DNA of 30,680 nt from positions 1-30,680 of the IMG/VR virus record IMGVR_UViG_3300026484_000341. The stretch is one strand, 5' to 3'. Shown here in pieces: positions 1-9,700 of the stretch. The notes below the pieces were generated by a model, which searched no databases, was not told the origin of the DNA, and saw nothing but the letters and a program-made list of their open reading frames with translations. The stretch comes from a virus (Duplodnaviria > Caudoviricetes). The position numbers were made by a program, and so were the translations under genes. Numbering within the stretch: position 1 is the first letter of the stretch; every line of letters begins with the position of its first letter.

Positions 1-1
1 A

Positions 2-139
2 GAGTCCATAGAAGAAGGTAGAGCAGTTTATAGTGAACTACTGCAAACTTGGCGTGATTATAAAAAAGATGGTGTTGTTAATGTTGTTAAAACAACTGGA
101 CTTCCTGAATGGTATTTAGAAAAAAGACGAGGAGCATAA
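2..139 (+). CDS. C-terminal fragment of RecE-like (DUF3799 / exonuclease VIII type) exonuclease, 5' truncated by window
   Basis: Frame 2 reads ESIEEGRAVYSELLQTWRDYKKDGVVNVVKTTGLPEWYLEKRRGA*. The G..Y...L...LPxW tail and the position directly upstream of a RecT-like gene fit a RecE/RecT pair. Confidence 0.55.
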   Translation, partial: ESIEEGRAVYSELLQTWRDYKKDGVVNVVKTTGLPEWYLEKRRGA

Positions 140-140
140 A

Positions 141-893
141 ATGGGTGCATTGGTAAATTTAGAAACAGAAGAGAGACTTTTAGAGTTAGAAGTAAAAAGA
201 TTTGAACTTGAACAAAGAAGAGCTATGGCACTAAGTAAAAGTGCCTTTTTTCCTGACAATCTAAAGGGAGATGTTGCAAGTGCAGTTATTATCTATGATT
301 TGGCTAGCCGTATGAATGTTAGTGTTATGGAAATAGCACAAAGCATCTATATTATTTACAACAAACCATCTTTTTCAACAAGCTACTTGGTTGCAAGACT
401 AAACACTAGCGGTCGCATAAAAGGCAGCTTGGTTACAGTTATAAGTGACGATAAACAGAGTGCTTACTCTTATGCTATTGATGCTGAGACTGGCGAAAAA
501 TTAGTCGGTATGACCTATACAATGGAGATTGCAAAAAAAGAGGGGCTGTTATCTAAAAAAGGTAGCAAGTGGCTTACAATGCCGGAGCTTATGCTTAGAA
601 AAAGAGCGCAATCTAGCTTTATTAATGAGTTTTTTCCTGAAGTTAAATTCGGCATGCAAACAGTAGAGGAGATTGAAGATACGCATATTATTGAAACATC
701 AATATCTAGTGGAAACGAAACAACTGATTTGAATGAAATTATTGCAAGTCCTAAAAAAACAACTAAAAAAAGAGCGACAAGAGAAAAGAAAAAAGAAGAG
801 CCAGAAAAAGAAAAAGACCTCTTAGCAGATATTGATGTAGAAGTGGCTCACGAGTATGTCGATGCAGAAACTGGCGAGGTGTTTGATGACTAG
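141..893 (+). CDS. RecT-like single-strand annealing protein
   Basis: 250 aa; SD GGAG upstream; motifs 'QSIYIIYNKPS', 'MEIAKKEG..SKKGSKWLTMPELMLRKRA..F....FPEV..G.QTVEE'; acidic tail 'VDAETGEVFDD' typical of phage recombinases. Confidence 0.75.
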   Translation: MGALVNLETEERLLELEVKRFELEQRRAMALSKSAFFPDNLKGDVASAVIIYDLASRMNVSVMEIAQSIYIIYNKPSFSTSYLVARLNTSGRIKGSLVTVISDDKQSAYSYAIDAETGEKLVGMTYTMEIAKKEGLLSKKGSKWLTMPELMLRKRAQSSFINEFFPEVKFGMQTVEEIEDTHIIETSISSGNETTDLNEIIASPKKTTKKRATREKKKEEPEKEKDLLADIDVEVAHEYVDAETGEVFDD

Positions 894-1107
894 AGAAAAA
901 GCAAAAAGCGAGCTTAAAAAGTATGTTATTTCTTCTATTTCAAGTAAAGAAATTCAACATATAAACATTAATGTTGCAAGAAGAGTTATTGATGAGATAT
1001 TTGACAATTTTGAAAAAGAAAAAGAGCAACTCAAAAAAGACAGAGACTACTGGAAGTTGAGTTTTAATAAACAAGTTTATGCGAGTAGGAGAATAAGAAA
1101 TGTATAA
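886..1107 (+). CDS. Hypothetical phage protein
   Basis: The ORF track gives 856. ATG at 886 has SD GAGGTG and overlaps the RecT stop; the end overlaps the next gene. Confidence 0.6.
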   Translation: MTREKAKSELKKYVISSISSKEIQHININVARRVIDEIFDNFEKEKEQLKKDRDYWKLSFNKQVYASRRIRNV

Positions 1108-1309
1108 GTCTTTAACAAGCATAGCAAAAATGTTTGATGTAAGCACAAACTACATAAAAAAACATTTCTCAAATGATTTTAAAGAGGGTGTGCATTATAT
1201 CTATGTCGGAAATTTAAAAAGATTTAATGTTAATGAGATGCGAAAACTCTTAACAACTAAAAAAGAAAATCATAATGAAAATCCTATTCTTGAAAGATTT
1301 TTAATTTAA
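1100..1309 (+). CDS. Excisionase / recombination directionality factor-like winged-HTH protein
   Basis: 69 aa, basic; 'SLTSIAKMFDVSTNYIKK...FKEGVHYIYVGNLKRFN' HTH plus wing; immediately upstream of the integrase. Confidence 0.65.
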   Translation: MYKSLTSIAKMFDVSTNYIKKHFSNDFKEGVHYIYVGNLKRFNVNEMRKLLTTKKENHNENPILERFLI

Positions 1310-1312
1310 AGG

Positions 1313-1321
1313 TGTTATTAT
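1313..1321 (+). promoter_or_regulatory. Putative extended -10 promoter for integrase (TGtTATTAT)
   Basis: TG-n-TATTAT between the xis stop and the integrase SD. Confidence 0.4.
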
Positions 1322-1340
1322 GTTACCTGATAGTATGAGT

Positions 1341-1361
1341 GCCACTTCTAAAAGGAGTGGT
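1341..1361 (+). promoter_or_regulatory. Hairpin occluding the integrase Shine-Dalgarno
   Basis: GCCACTTCT-AAA-AGGAGTGGT: a 9-bp stem (2 G-U) whose 3' arm contains AGGAG, upstream of ATG 1368. Confidence 0.55.
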
Positions 1362-1367
1362 AAAAAA

Positions 1368-2423
1368 ATGGCATCACATTACAAAAGAGGTAATAAAATA
1401 TGGATTACTTACTTTGTAGATAAAGTAAGACACAGAAAGTCAACAGGTCTTGATTACAATGCAAAAAACATCAAGATAGTTGAAAATGAGATTATACCTC
1501 AGTTGATGAAAAAAATAGCTACAGGTGAAATATACAAAAAAAAGCCTAAAAGTTTTGAATACTACGGCGGTATATTTTTAAAACAAAAAAGTATGAATAG
1601 GAGCTACTTTACAGCAGTTGGATATTACAAACGAGTAATAGAACACTTCAAAGGTAGAAATATTGATACTATTACAAGACTTGATATTAAAGAATATCTA
1701 ATATCACTTAATATCAAGAATATTTCAAGGAACAAGTATAAAAGTTGCGTTAAAGAGATATTTGAGCTTGCAGTGGATGATGGTGTCATACCGACAAACC
1801 CTGCTCTAAATATCAAATTTCCTCAAGATCGCAAAACAAAGATTGAATACTACACCCGTGAAGAAGTAGAAAAGTTGTTAAATGCTGCAAACGGTGTAAT
1901 GAAAGCTTATCTTGAAATAGCATTTAATACAGGTATGCGTACAGGCGAAATACTTGGCTTGCAGCTATCTGACTTTAAAGATGATGGCTACATTCATTTA
2001 AAGCGTACTAGGACGCTCGGAGTTGTTGGAGAGGGTAAGAACTACAACGCAAAGAGAAATGTGCCTTATAACGCTTATATGTATGAATTGGCTAAGGCAA
2101 TACAGCCTAAAGACAACTTGTATCTGTTTGGAAACATTGATGATGCAAGAAAGTTGAGATTTATGTGGAGAGATGTTTGCATTGATGCAGGTGTTAAAAA
2201 ACATAAACTCTATTCAACACGACATACTTTTGCAACTTTAATGCTTCAAGAAAGCATAGTTAGTATAAATGAGCTATCGGGTCTATTAGGACACTCAAGC
2301 CCTAAAGTTACACTTGCACACTATGCCAGTGTCATAGAGTCTAAAAATATTGATTTGGGATCAAATTTTGCACTTTTTAGGCACAATATGGACACAGTAC
2401 AAAATAAAGAAGCTCTAAAGTAA
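1368..2423 (+). CDS. int: Tyrosine recombinase (phage integrase)
   Basis: N-terminal arm-binding domain (YKRGNKIWITY..RHRKSTG); catalytic motifs TGMRTGE, YSTRHTFAT, LLGHSS, TLAHY. Start moved from 1320 to 1368 because of the AAGGAG SD. Confidence 0.95.
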   Translation: MASHYKRGNKIWITYFVDKVRHRKSTGLDYNAKNIKIVENEIIPQLMKKIATGEIYKKKPKSFEYYGGIFLKQKSMNRSYFTAVGYYKRVIEHFKGRNIDTITRLDIKEYLISLNIKNISRNKYKSCVKEIFELAVDDGVIPTNPALNIKFPQDRKTKIEYYTREEVEKLLNAANGVMKAYLEIAFNTGMRTGEILGLQLSDFKDDGYIHLKRTRTLGVVGEGKNYNAKRNVPYNAYMYELAKAIQPKDNLYLFGNIDDARKLRFMWRDVCIDAGVKKHKLYSTRHTFATLMLQESIVSINELSGLLGHSSPKVTLAHYASVIESKNIDLGSNFALFRHNMDTVQNKEALK

Positions 2424-2449
2424 CCTATTTAAGGTATTTTCAGCGTATA

Positions 2450-2471
2450 AAGGCACAGGATAAGCCGAGTT
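2450..2471 (-). ncRNA. Fragment resembling the 3' end of RNase P RNA (att core, not a full gene)
   Basis: Minus strand AACTCGGCTTATCCTGTGCCTT matches the conserved rnpB P4 3' strand AAC(C/T)CGGCTTAT, followed by a plausible P1 3' strand. Confidence 0.6.
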
Positions 2472-2473
2472 GC

Positions 2474-2500
2474 TTATAGTCCTTTTTTAGGGGATTATAA
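2474..2500. terminator. Imperfect hairpin between convergent int and endolysin genes, possible terminator
   Basis: TTATAGTCCTTT-TTT-AGGGGATTATAA imperfect inverted repeat. Confidence 0.35.
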
Positions 2501-2539
2501 CATAAATTGTGGCACTTATACTATCAACAAAGACACAAT

Positions 2540-2944
2540 TTAGACACACTGACTCATCTTCATAACTAGCCTAGATGCCCTATTTCCTACTTGTCTATAC
2601 CATAGGCTATCTATCATCTCTTTCGCGGCAGCTCTATAATCTTTAACTTCCAAAGCTTTCAACATTCTTTTAAACTTTAATAGTCGTGGAACTCCCAAGT
2701 TATATGCCATGTTCAATATTACTTCTTTTGCACACTCCGGTAAATCTTCAAAAAAAGAAATATTCTTTTTAACTTCACTAACTGCATCGTTAAATCTTTT
2801 TTCCAAAAGCAATTCCCCCTCAACTTCATCGAGTGGTAATTTAGTTCCATACCCTATCGTAGGAATACCTAAACTATCATTGTATGGATGTGCTACAAAG
2901 CTCTCATCTCTCTTTAGTTCTTCAAGTACATTGTTATACATCAC
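2540..2944 (-). CDS. Endolysin, GH24 / T4-lysozyme-like muramidase
   Basis: E-x8-D-x5-T triad in 'DESFVAHPYNDSLGIPTIGYG'; also 'NMAYNLG' and 'SLWYRQVGNRA'. Confidence 0.92.
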   Translation of the reverse strand: MMYNNVLEELKRDESFVAHPYNDSLGIPTIGYGTKLPLDEVEGELLLEKRFNDAVSEVKKNISFFEDLPECAKEVILNMAYNLGVPRLLKFKRMLKALEVKDYRAAAKEMIDSLWYRQVGNRASRLVMKMSQCV

Positions 2945-3405
2945 ACAACCACCTTTGTATCTACTTTGTTTTTTTTATCGAAACTTCTCATAGCTCCTAC
3001 ACCTAAAATAGATAGAAGTAGCCCTAAAATATCACCGCTACCCATATCAGGAAACTTTGGAATTTCGGGAACAGTTGCAATAATCTCAGGGTGATAAGTC
3101 AAGTAAACTGTATAACACCATACTAAAGTCATAACTATTGCCTTTGGAACATACATAAAGAATAGAGTAATAACTCCTACCCATCCAACAGCAGGTCTCC
3201 ATCCTGCTACAAACAAACTTGGATGCTTCGCTTCTTCTTCGTTAATTTTCATCTGCCCTTGCATCAATTTAGAATGTAACTGCTTTAACTGTAAATCAAG
3301 TTTTGCAAGTTCCGCAGGATCTTTGATTTTTTCACCTGTAATTGCTTCTCTTGCACTTGTTAAAATATCTCCAACATCAGATAAACTAAAATCAATTAAT
3401 CCCAT
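2941..3405 (-). CDS. Holin (3TM / GTA-holin-like family)
   Basis: 'EAKHPSLFVAGWRPAVGWV', hydrophobic helices and C-terminal 'LLSILGVGAMRSFDK'; overlaps the endolysin start. Confidence 0.85.
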   Translation of the reverse strand: MGLIDFSLSDVGDILTSAREAITGEKIKDPAELAKLDLQLKQLHSKLMQGQMKINEEEAKHPSLFVAGWRPAVGWVGVITLFFMYVPKAIVMTLVWCYTVYLTYHPEIIATVPEIPKFPDMGSGDILGLLLSILGVGAMRSFDKKNKVDTKVVV

Positions 3406-3725
3406 TACTGTCCTCCAAAGTTAAGAAAATGCATTTTTGATAGGAACTCAATAACAAGTGCTGCACCTATTGCCATATAAATAACTCGCTCAATCTTTTT
3501 AAGTCTTGCATCAATAGATCCATATTTCTCCATCTCGTTTTTATCATGGAGTATAAAGTTATCTTTGTGCATCTTCATAGTCTCATCAATCTGTGCAAGC
3601 TTGTCGTAAATATTGTTATCTACCATCTCCATTCTAACAATAGAGTTTTTCATCTCATAAAACTCATCTTTTACTTTTTCAAGGCTTGCTATTTTTGCCT
3701 CGATAACCACAATTCTGTCTTCCAT
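3405..3725 (-). CDS. Coiled-coil protein with C-terminal transmembrane helix (lysis-cassette associated)
   Basis: C-terminal 'VIYMAIGAALVIEFL'; stop overlaps the holin ATG. Start is either 3725 (MEDRI) or 3752. Confidence 0.6.
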   Translation of the reverse strand: MEDRIVVIEAKIASLEKVKDEFYEMKNSIVRMEMVDNNIYDKLAQIDETMKMHKDNFILHDKNEMEKYGSIDARLKKIERVIYMAIGAALVIEFLSKMHFLNFGGQ

Positions 3726-3787
3726 ATACAATCCAATAATATTTTTTGTCATTGTATTTAACGATACTCAATCAAAGCAATACTATT

Positions 3788-6700
3788 TTAATCATTATTT
3801 TCCTTTCGTGCTTGACTTCTTGAGTAGCTTAATGAGTTAAGCCCGATATTTTTCAATATCTCTTGTCTTGGTGTTCTAGGCTCTACAACTTTATTTCTTC
3901 TTCTATTTTTTTTGCTTCTTGCTAAACTCTCGATTAAGTTCCAACCACTATAAGCTTGAGCAGGTAGTGGCACATAGCTTTGTGTTAGGTACTTTGCATA
4001 GTCGTATGCTTTTTGTCCTGCACCTTTGTTTTTATATGTAACAGGTCGCCCATAATATGGATTTATCATTCCTGCTTTACTTGGTGCAGTGAGTGTATTT
4101 ACTACTGCATTTGTTGTTGGACCACTTATATTAGATACAAAAAAGTTTATAGGATCAGTTAGCTCAATGTATGGTATCCATCTATCAGTCTTTAAAGTAT
4201 GTATAGTGTCTCCACTTCTTCCTATGCCAAACCTACGCCCTTTGAAGTCTTCTGGCTTGTTTCCACCATAAAAAGGAATATTATCAAGTGGAGTTACTGC
4301 TCCACCTGTAAGTACATATTCAAGTCCTGCTAGTGTTCCCATTGCAAGAGCTGCTTTTTTTGCACCCTGCTTTGTTTTAAGAAGTTTCCAAATAGCAGGC
4401 ATTGTGTAATAACTCCACGATATAAAAGGACTTATTCCTGTATCCCTTAATGCTCTAAAACCTTTAGGCATAGGCTTAGAATAATCCGGCATTATTGTTA
4501 GAACTGCTTTTCTTGCTTCATCTTTACTCATACCAACTTTTTCTCTTAGATGCGCATACATTGCTATTTTATTTATAGCATCTTCCCCGTGATACATATC
4601 CTCACTAAACTTATCTATCTTTCCAAGCACACCTTTTTTCTCAAGCTTTTGCTCTCCTGCAAGTATGTCATTTAACTGGCTTCTTCCAAGTAATCCACCA
4701 TCTTTAGCCTCTAAGAAGTATTTTAAATCTTCTCCCATCTCTTCAAGCTCTTTTAAGTCTGCTTTTGTTGCCTGTCCTAGCATCTTTTTTTGCATCAGTT
4801 TCTCAAGTCTGCTACCTTCATACATCATCTTTCCTGCACGACCTATTGCTGTAACAATCTCATCAGCTCTCATTCCTGCTAAGTGCATTAAAAACTGATT
4901 GCTCATAAAGTTATTAATATGTGATGGAACATTCCAAACAGTTTTTGACTTTTTCCAAAGAGATAAATAGTTTTTCCATATCCTCGCAAAAGCTCCATCG
5001 CTTCCATGAAAAGTATTAAATATCTCATCATTTCTAGCACTAATATCATCAAACACATCTTTTCGTATATGTTTTCCTGCAAGCACCCCATATTTAGGAC
5101 TGTTTGGAGCTTTTATGAAACCTGCTGCACTTATCTCATCATCACTAAACTTCTCAGCATCTTTGAGTATTACTTCATCAATCTTTGATACATCTTCTAA
5201 AAACTTTGCATTATCTGCCATTCTTTTTAATCGCATAAGAGTCTCAGGAATTGTTATAGCACCATCTCTTATCTCATTCATAGCATCGCGTTCTGCTCTG
5301 GTCCAATCTCTTCTTAGCTCATATTTTCCATTTGCCAGTTTTTGAAGTCTAACACCACCATCTCGTAAAGGTTTTTGCGTATTTGCTATAAACTTAGGAT
5401 CAACAAGTAACTTTTTAGCTTCTTTTTCACTTATTACTTGTATATTACCTCGTTTGTGTATATCATCAATCTTAAAACCTTTTTTCATAAGATTTTTTAC
5501 ATCTTTAAAAAAGTGTTGCTCATAATTTCTATGTATGTAGTACCCTGCCCACTCGTCATATTGTTCCTGTGTTAATACACCCTTTGATACTAAATCCTTG
5601 CTTAAATTATCAATATCTTGTTTAAGCTTGTCAGCAAGTGGTTTTAGAGTTGGATTTATATCCTTTGTCTCTCCGGCTATGTAGTCATGCAATGAAACAC
5701 GATCCGCTTCATTTAGCTCTTTTAAGGCTTTATGTAGCCTCTCAAGCTTAACACTCATACCATTTGTTGAAGCAGTTGCACTCTCTCTTAAATCGTGATA
5801 TTTTGCTCCTAAAGTATCAAAAAACCATCTTTCTAATGTACTTGCAGCATCTCCCCACTCTTTTTGAGCCTCTTTGCTTACTATTTTAGATACATGGGCA
5901 TAACCTTTTTTCTTTGCTTCTTTTACTTTGTTTAAAAACTCCTCTTTAGTTTGACTCATTTGTTTGTCTTGTGGTATAATCTCATCAGCACTTCGGTTTT
6001 CCCACTTATTGAGTGCGGATGTTTTACCTTTATTGGTCGTGCTTTTTGCACCGCTGGAGTGCTTGAAATACATCAAGTTACCATCAGTAGCTTTTATCAT
6101 ATTCTTTATACTTCCAATATCTTTATTAAATGATGTTATCTGTTTCAAGTTTCCATTATTATCTTTTACTATCCCTACATAATGAACAAGTCCATTTTCA
6201 TCTTTGTATGGTTTGTAATATTCTATCTGCTTTTTAATAGGATTTTTTATAACAAAAAGTGGCTCTTCAAGTGCATCTTTAAATGCTCCGGTTAGCCAAG
6301 CTCTATCTTGAAAATATGTATTATCTGTAAAGTGCTTGTATATCTTTGATACATTAAAAGAAACATCGCCTATCGGAGTTTTAACTTTTGTCCATTCCCT
6401 GGTATTAAACATATTTTTAAATTCTTGAAAGCTTAAAGGCTTCGGCAACTCGCTAGCATCTTTCATTATCTCATTTTCAAGTACCCTATCACTACTTTTA
6501 TTGAGATACTTATCTTCTAACTCTCTTGCGTGTTTTTGAGTAAGTCCATCAATGAGAGCATCATCGCTGTTATTAAATCGCATTACTGCATCTTCCGGTG
6601 CAATATCTTCACTACTGAATGGTGTTATCTTCTCTCTTTGCTCTGGGGTATAGTCTGCCCTTGCCTGAACATCTCTTGCTTCTATCTCTCCTGCGAGCTT

Positions 6701-9700
6701 CTGATACATATTAAAAGCTTCCTCTTTACCACCATCTTTATATTTACTCTCAAGCTCACTAAGCTGCTTTAGCTTTTTATCTCTTATGAAATCATCTGGC
6801 TCAAACTCTAACTCATATTTTAAAAGATTTATCTTTTTCTTGAAGTCATTATAAAACTCTTGTGCTGATCCTCCACGCGCAAAGCCTTCCTCTTTTTGAA
6901 TAGAGTGTTGCAACTCATGCAATAGAGTAGATTTAAAGTCATCTTTCGTTTTAAAGTCTTTCATACCTACCTCTATTCCATCTCTTGAAAAACTTGATCC
7001 ACTGCCATTGTGAAACTTAATATTTATATCTTTTAACTCTGGGTAATTATCAAATAACTCTTTATGATCCAGTATATTTTCAAGCTTTGTTCCTTCTTTA
7101 GTATTTACATATCTAGCTAGATTTTTTAACTTAGCTTTACTATCATCAATCTCAAACCGCTCTAAAGTATCATATTTTCCATCAAAAGTCTTTCCGGAAC
7201 TCTTTGCAGCATCAAAACCTTTTGCCTTGCTACCTGCGAATAGTCCAGCTTTAAATCCGCCCTCTTCTTCTTCAAAGAGTTTAGGTGCTGCTTTTTTAAG
7301 TGCATTTATTCCTACTGCTCCTATTCCTGCACCTATTAAAATATCAATAAGGTCTGTTTTCCCATCTCCATTATAATCTCTTTGATTTATAGCGGTATCA
7401 CTTCCGCCTGCAAAAGCGCCTGCCATTGTATGCGTAGGATTTACAAATAAAATACCCTCTTTTTCTGCAACTTTTGCTATCTTTTCAGCTCTTGCACCAT
7501 CTATTTTAGGATTATATTTTGATACTTTCAAGCCCTTTTTCTTTAGTAATTCTATAGTTTCTTTGCTAGTACCATTTGGAACTAAAGCTACTTTGAACTC
7601 TCCTAAATCAACTTTTCTAAGTATCTTAGTTTCAAAATATTCAGTTGGCATCTCTTGCATTGCTGTTTTTAGATTTTCAATATCATCTTTTATACTTTTT
7701 GGTAAGTCTTTAATACCGTACTCATTTAATACTCTATCAAGTGGAGCATCTGCAATTTCTGATAAAATTCCGTTTAGTGTATCATTTGAAAAACTGGTGT
7801 TTCCTGTATGCTCATTCAAAGCATCAGATATTTTAAAGTATTCATCCTCTACCTCTTTTTTAACAACTTCAAATTCATCTTTAGAAACAAGTCTATCTTT
7901 TGCTTTTTGTATCTGTGCTAGTGATTTAAACTGTGGTGTGTGTAATGCTCTTATACTTCCTGTTCCATAGTTAAAGCCCTCTCCACCTCTTAAATCTTTT
8001 TTTAGTTTTTTAACTACATTATCTATGTTGTGGTCTATCCACTTTTGCCTGCCGTTTCTATCTGTACCGTTATAAATTTTTTCTTCTGCTCCATGCTGTT
8101 TATAATAATCATCTACATAATCTTTAAACTCTTGCTTGTGTTTTTTGTCTATAATCTTAGATACATTTGATCGTGTTGCATAAAAATCCGGTGATTTCCC
8201 TTTTTCAATTTTTCTTAGTGTATCTTTCATTATTTGAGCATAATTTTTTGCAACTCTTTGTATTTGCGTTTCGCTCCAATCGTTTATATCATCGCCTATT
8301 TTATTTTTCAAAAACTCTTTAACTTTTGAGATAAACTTATCATCATTCACATAGTCTCTGTTTAATTTTCCATCTTCATAAAAAGGCTTAAATGTTTTTG
8401 CAATTTCTATATTCTCTTTTTTTGGTGCATCATATTTTAAAACTTTATCTTTCTTATATCCTTTGCTTTCAAGGAATTTCATTTTTAAGCCTATATCATC
8501 TATAAGATTATCGACATCTACATACCCGCCTCTAGCTACTAAATCGTGATATTTATCTAAATCATCTTCAATATTTCTAATTGCTTTATGTGATAATTGT
8601 TTTTTTATTTGTGGGTATCGTGGACTGTAAATATCTGCACCATAAGTTTTAGTGTCTCTTTTAGGTGTTATTATCTCTTTATCACCTAAAAGTGTAATAT
8701 TTCCAAAACCATCAAGCGGAGTATCTTTTTTAGTAACTGCAATACTTGGTACTGCTAAACCTCCTTGCTTATCAGCAAACTTTACATTATCCTCAGTAAG
8801 GTTGTGCTGTGCTATTAAATCTTTTTCTTCTTTTTGAGCTTTACTTTTAACTGGACTCATAGAGTTAAAACTATTTCCACGCTTCTGCACCTCTGGGTTA
8901 AAGTTTACCCTATCAAGTGCATCTACTGCAATATCTTTTAACTTACCTCTTATTGTTCCATTTTTAAGTGCTTGTTTGACTGCTGTATATCCACCTAAAC
9001 CTAAGATAAACTTCTCAGGATCAAAAGTTATATTTCCGTTTTCATCCTGTCCTATTCCTGCATACGCTCCAACTGCTACATTGTCTAAACCTTTTGCAAA
9101 AACTGCATTTGCTTCTTCCCATTCACTTGGTGATAGCTTAACATCTGTATCATCAAGCTTTGCAAGTTCTGCTTTGTAGTCAATATTATTTTCACTATTA
9201 AATGACTTCGCATAGTCTGGGTGATTATCTAAAGTGCTTAAATCAGTTTCAAGCTTACTAAGAAGATCATCATCATATTTTCCTTTGTAAAGCTTATCTA
9301 CATCACCTTTTGTTAAATGAAAATCATGCGCATAGTTTTTCTCGTAAACTGCTCTATCGTAAGCGTGCTTATTCTCTCCACCATATCCATCAAGCTCTCT
9401 ATATCCACCTTTGCTTACCAACCTTTGTGGACTTCTTGCATCTTTGGCACTTACACTTTCTCTCATGCTTAATAGCTCTTGTAGTCGTGGGTGTGCTGCT
9501 ATTTTTTGGTATCTCTGCATTAATTCCGCATCTGCATTATATGGTACCGGTATGTTATTGTTAAAATCTCCACTTACAAAGTTTGGATTATAAGGCTGTT
9601 CTGGTTGCTGTGGATAAATACTCTCTTTAGTATATTGTGGTTGTACTTCGTATTTATGTTGATAAATAGGTTCTAAACCTTGTGCTACCCTCTTTTTATC

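Larger units (their letters stand above)
2367..2550. mobile_element. attP site: core plus integrase arm-type repeats
   Basis: Inverted repeat ATAAGC-cgagtt-GCTTAT (2460-2477), flanked by G(A/G)CAC-type direct repeats with CAC at 2371/2382/2393 and 2513/2534/2545 (mostly 11-bp period); lies between convergent int and lysin genes. Confidence 0.75.

Noticed and set aside
1488-1500. Antisense TATAAT in the integrase 'EIIPQ' codons
   Set aside because: No TG extension, no -35 and no structured RNA seen downstream.
3751-3780. TTGCTT-18bp-TACAAT promoter-like sequence ahead of the lysis cassette (minus strand)
   Set aside because: Plausible but a single weak match in AT-rich DNA; not enough to call.
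5987-6063. Canonical tRNA gene
   Set aside because: No TTC T-loop, no 7-nt anticodon loop on a 5-bp stem and no CCA; only the size and topology are tRNA-like.
5951-6182. Plus-strand ORFs 5951..6133 and 5964..6182, and a 15-aa ORF from ATG 6019, as protein antitoxins
   Set aside because: The first two begin within the promoter, upstream of the predicted +1. The short one lacks a convincing SD and lies inside the fold, though it is not strictly excluded.
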